Of a stretch of DNA of 45,332 nucleotides, positions 7,905 to 15,302 are shown in pieces (position 1 is the first letter of the stretch; each line of letters starts with the position of its first letter). The translations under genes were made by a program, and so were the position numbers. The notes below the pieces were generated by a model that saw only the letters and a list, made by a program, of their open reading frames with translations, searched no databases and had not been told where the DNA came from. The stretch lies in IMG/VR virus record IMGVR_UViG_3300045988_041884, one strand, 5' to 3'. This DNA comes from a virus.

Positions 7905-9541
7905 TATGCACTGTTCCCCCTTCTTCTCCACAATGACTCTGAACCATACCGAACAGAATCTATCAAATGATTATCCTTATCCGGATATCCGCTGCAAATA
8001 TTTCCGTCTTTGTCGCGTTCGTATTCGTACTTCTTGAACTCCTTGCAAGCATTTGGCGTTCTTTTTGGATCAAACACAAGCTTTCTTCTTTGCAGCCACT
8101 TCATAGAATACTCAATGCTTCCCGGTCCTTTAATTGCTCCCCTTGCTGGAAGTCCTAAGTCTCTGTAATCATTGATTGATTTAGGCTCGGCAGAATCGCA
8201 AGTAATTTCGTAATCGTCGTACTGTCTTCGCTTAATTTCATTTGCAGTCCATTCATTTGATTTTTTGTTTTCATAAATCTCGTCAATGAAATAAATTGTT
8301 TCTCTGGCTGAATCATAATAGATTCTGGAGAACGCATATTTATCCGGATACCAACCCCAGTCAACCCCCTGATAAATTCTATCAAAACGGCTGATTTCTT
8401 CGTCTGTGATAGTTCTTTCTTCGATGTATTCAAAGATATTTCCACCATTTCCGTTAGCGTGTCCAAGGTACTCATTGTCGTAAGCGTCTGGATTTACTTC
8501 TTTTAGATGTTCGGCATCTGCGAGAAATACGTCACCAAGCCACTCCTGTTCAATTCCTAAGTCGAGGTACGTACTGTGCACAACCATCACATTTTCATCT
8601 TTTTCTTCTGCTTCTGCCGTGTACTCATTTGCCCAGTTATTCTTACTTCTAGGTGGGTTAAATGATTTGAATTTATATGCTTCATTACCACCACGAATAG
8701 CAGACTGCTGAATGTTTCGGATTTCTTCTGGATTAGAAAACTGATCCAACTCCTCGAACCAGACTATTCCGATATATCCGAATTCTGGCTTGATAGACTT
8801 AATCTTTAATGGATCGTCAGCACCACGAAAGTAAATCTTCTGTCCAGTGGGCTTATACGTAATCTCCATGGGAGATACCTTGCACGTAAATTCCTCGTTT
8901 AGATCCAATTTATCAATAGCCCATTTCATCTGAGCATAAACAGAGTCTTTGATAGTATTTCCGACTTTTCGCAGAATCAGAGCGTGCATATTCGGATTAT
9001 TCTTCAGCAGTTCCGGTATAATCAGCGATATGGTCGAAGATTTCATGGAACCACGTCCGCCAGGGAGAATGTATTCGCTATGTTTCTTTGCTCGAATATC
9101 CCTAATCATTTTATGGAATACATCCGGGACAATATTCAGATCAATATGGTACTCACTTTGTAATCTGGCTTTTTCTTCTGCTTTCCGCTGTTCTTCTCTG
9201 GCTTCTTTTATGGCAAGCGTTTTTTCCAGATCATTCATAGATTTGAGCTGATCGGAGAAGTCTGGAGCAAATCCGAATGAATCAGTCAGCTCACCTCTTG
9301 CGATCATAGAACGGCGTTGCTGAATTTCTGCCAGTGACATGATGTCAGTGCCTTTTTGTTTTTCAATTAAGGACTGCTTTTCGGCTATATATGCAGAAAT
9401 ACAACCTTTTTCCAACAGTTTTTTTGTCGCGTTTCTAACGATTCCATCAGAGTATCCAGCTTTTCTTGCGGCGTCAGATGCATTCCCGCCATTCTTTATA
9501 TATTCAAGTGCAAACGCTTCCTGCTTAGGCGTTAAGTTCAT
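7904..9541 (-). CDS. Terminase: small-subunit-like HTH N-terminus fused to a PBSX-type large subunit
   Basis: Residues 1-~130, LTPKQEAFALEYIKNGGNASDAARKAGYS plus a coiled coil, give a TerS (Terminase_2-like) signature. They are followed by Walker A GGRGSMKSS and a TerL-length body. One uninterrupted 545-aa ORF. Confidence 0.85.
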   Translation of the reverse strand: MNLTPKQEAFALEYIKNGGNASDAARKAGYSDGIVRNATKKLLEKGCISAYIAEKQSLIEKQKGTDIMSLAEIQQRRSMIARGELTDSFGFAPDFSDQLKSMNDLEKTLAIKEAREEQRKAEEKARLQSEYHIDLNIVPDVFHKMIRDIRAKKHSEYILPGGRGSMKSSTISLIIPELLKNNPNMHALILRKVGNTIKDSVYAQMKWAIDKLDLNEEFTCKVSPMEITYKPTGQKIYFRGADDPLKIKSIKPEFGYIGIVWFEELDQFSNPEEIRNIQQSAIRGGNEAYKFKSFNPPRSKNNWANEYTAEAEEKDENVMVVHSTYLDLGIEQEWLGDVFLADAEHLKEVNPDAYDNEYLGHANGNGGNIFEYIEERTITDEEISRFDRIYQGVDWGWYPDKYAFSRIYYDSARETIYFIDEIYENKKSNEWTANEIKRRQYDDYEITCDSAEPKSINDYRDLGLPARGAIKGPGSIEYSMKWLQRRKLVFDPKRTPNACKEFKKYEYERDKDGNICSGYPDKDNHLIDSVRYGSESLWRRRGNSA

Positions 9542-9819
9542 CTAATCACCTCTGTCCATCCTCGTTTTCTGACTGCCTCCCATATTTCTTTTAGGCACAT
9601 GACCACATCATACTGGGATACAGTTCGTAATATTTCATAATCGCAATCTTTCCATTCACCACGCTTTGTTGGTCTAAACACTGGTGTTGAAATAATTGTT
9701 ACTGTTATCAATCGCTCCTGCTCGCGGCTGTAGAATTGCGATGTTCCGATTTTTATGATTAATCCGGTGGATAATATAGCTTTTTGAAGTTTTCTTGTAA
9801 CTGCTTTTAAGTTCGCCAT
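9538..9819 (-). CDS. Hypothetical protein, first gene of the packaging operon
   Basis: Track ORF. GAGGTGA lies upstream of the ATG. The stop forms an ATGA overlap with the terminase start. Confidence 0.7.
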   Translation of the reverse strand: MANLKAVTRKLQKAILSTGLIIKIGTSQFYSREQERLITVTIISTPVFRPTKRGEWKDCDYEILRTVSQYDVVMCLKEIWEAVRKRGWTEVIR

Positions 9820-9870
9820 ATTATCACCTCATTTCTGGCTATAAAACCCCATAGTAACACTTCTGAGTAT

Positions 9871-9910
9871 ATTCTATCACAGGTCAGTAGAAAAGTTGTG
9901 GTACATGTTT
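9871..9910 (-). promoter_or_regulatory. Copy S2 of the conserved promoter-like element (16-mer + 18 nt + TGaTAGAAT)
   Basis: Minus strand reads AAACATGTACCACAAC ttttctactgacctgtga TAGAAT. It sits directly after a terminator and about 50 nt upstream of ATG 9819. Confidence 0.65.
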
Positions 9911-9924
9911 GAGGAATTTTGCGT

Positions 9925-9952
9925 TAAAAAAGAGCCGGTAAATACCGACTCT
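9925..9952 (-). terminator. Rho-independent terminator ending the early operon
   Basis: Minus strand reads AGAGTCGG-tattta-CCGGCTCT (one mismatch) followed by TTTTTT. Confidence 0.7.
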
Positions 9953-9958
9953 CTAATT

Positions 9959-10270
9959 TTATTTATTGTTACGCAATTTTCTGATCGTCTCGCCCTGATC
10001 TCCCGGACACCCCATGAAACACTCCGGGCAATGTTCATAGAATGCACATCTGATGCAGTCATGTGGACTGATTGAGCTGCAATATTGATGCAGTACTGAG
10101 AATGCTGATATAGCGAGCTGTGGGGTTATGTCTGGTGGCTTAAACATCATGTTTTTGCTCGCCCTGGTCACTTCCACATTATCATCTTTGAACTTTATAG
10201 TATCCCCATTACATTTTATTGTAACTTCGTTCTTTTCTCTGTCAATTTCAAGTGTAGGATTGTCCAACAT
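9959..10270 (-). CDS. Cys-rich small protein (103 aa)
   Basis: Track ORF 9959..10312. ATG 10270 has GAAGGAG upstream. C-terminal CIRCAFYEHCPECFMGCPG. Confidence 0.65.
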   Translation of the reverse strand: MLDNPTLEIDREKNEVTIKCNGDTIKFKDDNVEVTRASKNMMFKPPDITPQLAISAFSVLHQYCSSISPHDCIRCAFYEHCPECFMGCPGDQGETIRKLRNNK

Positions 10271-10289
10271 GATTATCAACTCCTTCTCA

Positions 10290-10433
10290 TTAATGTGCAA
10301 GTAATCCAACAAACAGCGGAAGAGCTAATGCCATTAAGCATAATGGTTCTTTTGTATAACTGAGCGCCGCTATTACGGCAAATGATGTACTAGCCCATGC
10401 TACTGATTTCGCCATTGCTGTATTAAAATCCAT
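10290..10433 (-). CDS. 47-aa two-TM micro-protein (not in the track)
   Basis: GGAGAGGAG lies 7 nt upstream of ATG 10433. Translation: MDFNTAMAKSVAWASTSFAVIAALSYTKEPLCLMALALPLFVGLLAH. Confidence 0.5.
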   Translation of the reverse strand: MDFNTAMAKSVAWASTSFAVIAALSYTKEPLCLMALALPLFVGLLAH

Positions 10434-10437
10434 TTAA

Positions 10438-10745
10438 TCACTCCTCTCCCCAGTCAATTTTCTGCCCGCATTCAGAACAGTACTTGCTTATTTTTTTACC
10501 AATAACAGGTGTTCCGCATTTCGCACATTTTTGAGTGGAAAATATATTGTACGGAAAATCCGGAACACATATTCTTCAGGTTTGCATGGAATCTGCTTTT
10601 CCAATGCTTTTGCTCCGGAATCACACGCCCATGCTTCTTTGAGATAGTTCTTCTGCCATTCGTCTTTGATTTCCAAGTCTCCTATGAAACATAAATGCTG
10701 GTCTCTCATATCGAATAATATGTCTTTTGCTTCTTTAGCGTCCAT
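10438..10745 (-). CDS. Interrupted gene: track ORF 10488..10745 plus a start-less zinc-ribbon tail in the -1 frame (10438..10575)
   Basis: The -1 frame reads ...STQKCAKCGTPVIGKKISKYCSECGQKIDWGEE and stops at 10438, where the next gene's RBS lies. It contains no ATG/GTG/TTG. One extra A in the A5 run (10528-10532) would join the two frames. Confidence 0.55.
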
Positions 10746-11157
10746 TCTTCATCTCCTCCAACTTCTTCTCAGCTTCTTCACGAGTGAGGAATACCAAAAC
10801 ATTTAACTCTCCAAGACACTCGTCCTCATTTACCCATAAAAACCATTTACCGCCTTTGTCATATTCAAGTCCGCTTACCACATTTTCCCGAATGTCCATT
10901 CCGCATATATCCCATACAGTTGTGCCGATAGGACACGGCAACCTCACAAGCAATCCCTGTTCTTCTAAGTCTTTGTAAGATTTTAATTCTTCAAGCCACT
11001 CCGCAAGTTTTTCGTGCTGTTCTGCACATTTCATACAATTGCCCTTCATATAATTTTCTACAGAATCATTTGAGTCAAATTTTTCTGCGTCATTATAATT
11101 CATATCTGCTATTTCTTTTGCGTGCTTAATAGCTTCTTCAAGTGTTAATCTCTCCAT
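10735..11157 (-). CDS. Hypothetical protein (140 aa)
   Basis: Track ORF. AGAGGTGA lies upstream. Contains CMKCAEQH. Confidence 0.7.
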   Translation of the reverse strand: MERLTLEEAIKHAKEIADMNYNDAEKFDSNDSVENYMKGNCMKCAEQHEKLAEWLEELKSYKDLEEQGLLVRLPCPIGTTVWDICGMDIRENVVSGLEYDKGGKWFLWVNEDECLGELNVLVFLTREEAEKKLEEMKNGR

Positions 11158-11496
11158 CTACTTCACCTCTTGAAATCTTCTCATAAAATGAGCTTTCCAT
11201 GATTCGTCTACTTCCACAAAATTTTCTTTTTCATATTCCTTGATCATGTTTTCAAGTTTTAAAATTTCATCTTTAAAAAAATCGTTATGTCGTTCTAAAA
11301 ACTTGTCTTTTTTAAATTTTCTGCAATACTGCTCATGCGACCTTGCCTTGGTTTTCATGGTATATTCACATATTCCTGTAGTAGATGCTAACTTCAAAAC
11401 TTCTTTCGCATATTCGTAATTGTCTTTATCTACTCCTCTTGGCAAAGCCCATCCCATAAAAGAATCGCATTCACAACACTTTACTTTCTTGCTCAT
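11158..11496 (-). CDS. Cys-rich hypothetical protein (112 aa)
   Basis: Track ORF. N-terminal KCCECDSF. Confidence 0.7.
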   Translation of the reverse strand: MSKKVKCCECDSFMGWALPRGVDKDNYEYAKEVLKLASTTGICEYTMKTKARSHEQYCRKFKKDKFLERHNDFFKDEILKLENMIKEYEKENFVEVDESWKAHFMRRFQEVK

Positions 11497-11508
11497 CTGC
11501 TCTACCTC

Positions 11509-11742
11509 TCATACAATCTCATCAATGCACTGATTTCGACCATCGACCATCCCGCGCTGATAATCCGTCATATCATTCTCGGTAGTACTTTTCTCCGGCA
11601 GTGGCTTCAATGGACACCAATTAGGGATTACATCATTGTTTGGAACTCTCCTACCATCCATTGCTCTGCACCAAAATCCGCTTATAAATTTACATTTTCC
11701 GCAATTCTCCGGTGTATCAATCACTAATACTGATTTACTCAT
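11509..11742 (-). CDS. Cys-rich hypothetical protein (77 aa)
   Basis: Track ORF with ATGA coupling. Contains CGKCKF...WC...WCP. Confidence 0.7.
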   Translation of the reverse strand: MSKSVLVIDTPENCGKCKFISGFWCRAMDGRRVPNNDVIPNWCPLKPLPEKSTTENDMTDYQRGMVDGRNQCIDEIV

Positions 11743-11987
11743 TCAACTCCACCACCTTCTAAGATTTTAATAGCATAATCTATAGCTCTGTTCCATTCCA
11801 AGTCCTCATCATTGGAAACAACACGAAATCTGTCCATAAGCGATTCCGTAACTTTTTCCGCATCAAAAGCTGTCGGCTGATTATCAATCAACATTTGTGC
11901 CGCATTTCTTGTATCTTGTGCAAATTCACTTGCACCAACAAAAACTTCGTTAAAATCGATCTTATCTGCATCAATCAGTCTACTCAT
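11739..11987 (-). CDS. Hypothetical protein, paralogue B (RLIDADKI family)
   Basis: Track ORF 11739..11999. ATG 11987 follows AAAGGTGGTGA. It shares RLIDADKI...QPT.FD..KV...AI.I..GG with 11980..12240. Confidence 0.7.
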   Translation of the reverse strand: MSRLIDADKIDFNEVFVGASEFAQDTRNAAQMLIDNQPTAFDAEKVTESLMDRFRVVSNDEDLEWNRAIDYAIKILEGGGVE

Positions 11988-12240
11988 CTGTTTCACCACC
12001 TTTCACGATTTCAATTGCTTTATCAATTGTATTTGCAATATTTTTGTAAGCACAATCTTTATCTACATCGCCTGTATTTGCAATTGTTAGGAAGTATCTC
12101 ATTTTTAATTCTTCTAATTGCTCAATAACCTTGTCCACATCAAAAACTGTCGGCTGTTCGTCAATAACTGCACCTATTGCAAAATCCATATCCGAATTTC
12201 CAAGAGAGTCAATTATTTTGTCTGCATCAATTAAACGCAT
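11980..12240 (-). CDS. Hypothetical protein, paralogue A (RLIDADKI family)
   Basis: Track ORF. GGGAGG lies 8 nt upstream. Confidence 0.7.
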   Translation of the reverse strand: MRLIDADKIIDSLGNSDMDFAIGAVIDEQPTVFDVDKVIEQLEELKMRYFLTIANTGDVDKDCAYKNIANTIDKAIEIVKGGETDE

Positions 12241-12555
12241 TTATTCATCCTCCCACACTCCCAACAACCGCATTCTCTCATACAGTACAGCGACGGTCTT
12301 GCGTCTGTATCCGTAGAAGTCTTTCGGGTTCATCGGGATATATCTTTCTTTGCTGATTCTCCTATAGCTTTTCCGGTGTAGGATATTCTCAATAACCATA
12401 TCCGCTATCACCGTGTTCTTCGGGCAAGCTGACAAGGCAGCACTGGAAAGCAGGTATCCGTACTCTGCCGGGAAGTCTTTCAGCATCGTATTCAGTTTTT
12501 CTATATCCTCTGCCGGAATACCGTAGTCTTTCAGCTTTTTATTCCTTGTCAGCAT
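12241..12555 (-). CDS. Hypothetical 104-aa protein; a late-regulator candidate by position only
   Basis: Track ORF 12241..12642. AAAGGAG lies upstream of internal ATG 12555 (MLTRNKKLKDYGIP). The region upstream of that ATG is occupied by a micro-ORF. Confidence 0.55.
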   Translation of the reverse strand: MLTRNKKLKDYGIPAEDIEKLNTMLKDFPAEYGYLLSSAALSACPKNTVIADMVIENILHRKSYRRISKERYIPMNPKDFYGYRRKTVAVLYERMRLLGVWEDE

Positions 12556-12568
12556 ACCGTTCTCCTTT

Positions 12569-12670
12569 CTATTTGTCTGGATGATGCTTGTCGTACATGA
12601 TCGCCACACATACAAGACCAACCACTCCGAATATGGTTCCAAGAGCGAATCCTAATAAGAATGTAATCAT
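12569..12670 (-). CDS. 33-aa single-TM micro-protein (not in the track)
   Basis: ATGA overlap with the upstream stop. Translation: MITFLLGFALGTIFGVVGLVCVAIMYDKHHPDK. Confidence 0.4.
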   Translation of the reverse strand: MITFLLGFALGTIFGVVGLVCVAIMYDKHHPDK

Positions 12671-12840
12671 GGCTCGTCCTCCTCGTGCACCGTGAAAGCA
12701 AAATAACAATCAAGCTTCAGATCGCCATCGTAAGATATAGTGCATTCAAGCTCGTAACCCCCTGCTTCTGCACATTTTTGAATTAACGTGTTCAGGGCAT
12801 CTCCAATTTCTTTGACGTCTTTATCGGTATATTCAATCAT
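12667..12840 (-). CDS. 57-aa acidic micro-protein (not in the track)
   Basis: ATG 12840 lies 2 nt after the upstream stop. Translation: MIEYTDKDVKEIGDALNTLIQKCAEAGGYELECTISYDGDLKLDCYFAFTVHEEDEP. Confidence 0.45.
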   Translation of the reverse strand: MIEYTDKDVKEIGDALNTLIQKCAEAGGYELECTISYDGDLKLDCYFAFTVHEEDEP

Positions 12841-12842
12841 GT

Positions 12843-13169
12843 TTAATCCTCCTTATATGGTTCTGGAAGTGGCAACCAGGCTATGACCTTCCAATACGAC
12901 CTAGCACCAGTTAAGTCCCATCGTTTCAATTTGCTTTGAAATTTTGCGTAGGTTGAATGATATATTCTTCCGTCCATGCAAGTCACTTGATACGTACCGC
13001 TTGCTTCCGGCAATCTCTCACTGACCGGAATCCAGTTAGTAGCTTTTAAACGCTCAATAACTTTCTTCTGTTCTTCTTCCGTTTCACAATGTATTACAAC
13101 GTCATAGGTATCATCGTATGCACTAAATGCACCATCTTCATTCTGAACAAGTGTCATTCCATCGCTCAT
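12843..13169 (-). CDS. DUF551-like phage protein
   Basis: WIPVSERLPE ... IAWLPLPEPYK pattern. GAGGAGGTGG RBS and ATGA coupling. Confidence 0.7.
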   Translation of the reverse strand: MSDGMTLVQNEDGAFSAYDDTYDVVIHCETEEEQKKVIERLKATNWIPVSERLPEASGTYQVTCMDGRIYHSTYAKFQSKLKRWDLTGARSYWKVIAWLPLPEPYKED

Positions 13170-13671
13170 ACTTCCACCTCCTCAGTCTTTATGAATGCCA
13201 TCCAGTGCGTTTTTCCCTGTTTACCAGATCTATTACCATATAAGGGATCTACTCCGATAGCTGCAATTACATCCTTTACAGGTATTTGTACTTCGTTCCA
13301 TTTAAAAATCAATGTGCCATAGGGCTTTAATACACGCATACACTCAGAAAAGCCATCATGCAGTACCTGTTTCCATGTGTTCTTATTAAGCTTTCCGTAT
13401 TTTTTACCATCCATGAATTATCTCCGCCCTGAATGAGATGTGGTGGATCAAACACAACATGATAGAAAGTATTGTCCTCAAATGGAAGTTTCGTAAAATC
13501 TGCTATAATGTCAGGGTGGATATTGCAGTACCTTGTAGCATGCCCATTTCCACTTTTCCATATTGCTTCACAGTCCAATTCGCGCTTATCCACAAAAACA
13601 GCTAACTCATTATTTTTGTTGAACCAAATCATTCTTGAACCACAAGTAGCGTCCAATACGAGCTTATTCAT
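13166..13671 (-). CDS. Small SAM-dependent (DPPH motif) DNA methyltransferase split by a frameshift at an A6 run
   Basis: Track ORFs 13327..13686 (LDATCGSRMIWF ... VVFDPPHLIQGGDNSWMV) and 13166..13414 (KKYGKLNKNTWKQ ... LKPYGTLIFKWNE) overlap in different frames. The switch point is AAAAAA at 13400-13405. Confidence 0.65.
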
Positions 13672-13781
13672 ACAACCACCTCGCATTCCTCAACTCTGAT
13701 CTTGAAAACGTAGTCTCCTAATGTTTTAGTTTCTGGATTGAATTCTCTGTTGCTGTCCAAAATGTAGAAATATAATTTCAT
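13668..13781 (-). CDS. 37-aa micro-protein upstream of the methyltransferase (not in the track)
   Basis: TAGGAGGA lies 6 nt upstream of ATG 13781. The stop forms an ATGA overlap with ATG 13671. Translation: MKLYFYILDSNREFNPETKTLGDYVFKIRVEECEVVV. Confidence 0.45.
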   Translation of the reverse strand: MKLYFYILDSNREFNPETKTLGDYVFKIRVEECEVVV

Positions 13782-13792
13782 TTTGCGTCCTC

Positions 13793-14080
13793 CTAATATC
13801 TATCAAATTCAATGTTGCTGTCTGAATAGAATCTGTAAGCATCTTCTCTGATTTTCTTAAATTCACGCATGACGACTTCTTTTGCTTTGCTGACAGCTTC
13901 GCCAAAATCTTCTGTTTCAAGATCGTAGTTGAAAACATCCAATGCACTACAGTTGAGAAACAGTACATCTCCGTAACCAACGTATTTGTGGATAACGATT
14001 CCTAAAGAATTATCTTGCAATGCAAAAATACTCCCGGTTTTAGGTTCTTCTTTGTGCTTCGCGTTACTTTTGAATTTCAT
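13793..14080 (-). CDS. Hypothetical protein (95 aa)
   Basis: Track ORF with an RBS-like GTGAGGATGG upstream. Confidence 0.7.
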   Translation of the reverse strand: MKFKSNAKHKEEPKTGSIFALQDNSLGIVIHKYVGYGDVLFLNCSALDVFNYDLETEDFGEAVSKAKEVVMREFKKIREDAYRFYSDSNIEFDRY

Positions 14081-14142
14081 TTTCCATCCTCACTTTCCCC
14101 ATGTAAGCAACTGGCACGCTATTGTGCAGTTGGTACATGATT

Positions 14143-14529
14143 TTATACTCCCATCTTCTTGACCAGATTCTTATTCATCTCGTCAAATATTACATTTGTA
14201 TTCTCCTCGATGTCCTGCATCATGCCCAGGACGCTCATTTCGCCCCTATTTGCCATTTTAACGTACTCGTTAGCAGTCTGCATGACTGTGAGCAAACGTT
14301 TCGTAGAAAAGCCATATAAACGTCTCAGGGCCATCATTGTAGTAACGACGTTAATCGTATCAGCCCAATCTTCTCCATCGTTAAATCCATTCTCATAGGC
14401 TTCTCTCTCCATACTTTTGATCTGGCTATGGCAGTTAATCATAGCCCGTCCGAACGCCTGAGCTGCCTGGTTGGACTGAGCTAAAGGAAGTCTCTGTTTT
14501 CGTGGTCTCGCTTTAAGTTTATTGCTCAC
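14143..14529 (-). CDS. Hypothetical protein (128 aa), GTG start
   Basis: AGGAGGTG lies 8 nt upstream of GTG 14529. Confidence 0.7.
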   Translation of the reverse strand: MSNKLKARPRKQRLPLAQSNQAAQAFGRAMINCHSQIKSMEREAYENGFNDGEDWADTINVVTTMMALRRLYGFSTKRLLTVMQTANEYVKMANRGEMSVLGMMQDIEENTNVIFDEMNKNLVKKMGV

Positions 14530-14770
14530 GTTTTACGCACCTCCTGATTTGCCCTGTAACAGCTTCAAACTGCTTAAGCAATGAGCCGTCATCATTCCGG
14601 TTCAAAGTCCGATCATAAGCCGGAGAGACGCCCCACAAGTCATTTACGAGGACGCCGCGCGTCACGCTGTTGAGTAGTGCACTCCGATGTGCTCCTGTGA
14701 TGCTTATGATCTCGTCAAGGGTGAACTCTCCAACATATTCAGCGCCTTTGAACAGCTCATACAGTTTCAT
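14519..14770 (-). CDS. Hypothetical protein (83 aa)
   Basis: AAGGAGGA lies upstream of ATG 14770. Confidence 0.7.
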   Translation of the reverse strand: MKLYELFKGAEYVGEFTLDEIISITGAHRSALLNSVTRGVLVNDLWGVSPAYDRTLNRNDDGSLLKQFEAVTGQIRRCVKREQ

Positions 14771-15023
14771 GTTTCTTCCTCCTTGTCACGAATTCATATC
14801 CTGTCAATCGGAATGCTCTCGGTGTCTTCGGGTGATCTGTTTCGATCAGCCCATCTGTCCGCAGCATGTCCATGTGGCGAAGCACTGTGGCATTTGATAC
14901 GCCGACGCCGTCAGCAATCTCTTTATAAGACGGTGCGTACCGATGTTCTTTGATATACCGGCAGATGTACAGATATATGTCTTTGTGAGTCTGCTGACCT
15001 TCTTTATACTTCTGTTTGTACAT
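14757..15023 (-). CDS. Winged-helix DNA-binding protein (LexA-N-terminal/MarR-like)
   Basis: YKEIADGVGVSNATVLRHMDMLRTDGLIE. ATG 15023 follows AAAGGAG. Confidence 0.6.
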   Translation of the reverse strand: MYKQKYKEGQQTHKDIYLYICRYIKEHRYAPSYKEIADGVGVSNATVLRHMDMLRTDGLIETDHPKTPRAFRLTGYEFVTRRKKHETV

Positions 15024-15273
15024 TCTTCTCACGCTCCTTTTTCATCCTCTGCGCTCTTTTAAACATTTTTTCGAGATAGTCCGCATAAGCCAATAGCATA
15101 TGATCTACAAACCCGTTTTTTCGATATTTTTCTGACATAATATGAATCTGCTCTGTCACCTGCTGCCAGTATTCATCATTTTCTTCGATTCCAGCAGTCT
15201 GGAGAACCAGTGCCGGAAAATCGATTTGAAGAAATTTCATTGTGCTCGGTATCTGTTCATGCTTCACTCTCAC
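15004..15273 (-). CDS. Hypothetical protein; first gene downstream of the origin region
   Basis: Track ORF 15004..15291. GTG 15273 lies 9 nt after GAGGAGG. Confidence 0.6.
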   Translation of the reverse strand: MRVKHEQIPSTMKFLQIDFPALVLQTAGIEENDEYWQQVTEQIHIMSEKYRKNGFVDHMLLAYADYLEKMFKRAQRMKKEREKNVQTEV

Positions 15274-15302
15274 GGTTATGCACCTCCTCACACTTTTTTG
15301 CC

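Noticed and set aside
13726-13980. Track ORF of 84 aa (minus) overlapping 13793..14080
   Set aside because: It is in an alternative frame of a better-supported gene. The RBS at 13781 serves a 37-aa micro-ORF that is coupled to the methyltransferase start.
14126-14150. Possible fourth, degenerate copy of the 16-bp promoter element (minus strand AAATCATGTACCAACT)
   Set aside because: It has two changes plus an indel relative to the invariant 16-mer, and no TGnTAnAAT lies 18 nt downstream. It is probably a chance resemblance.
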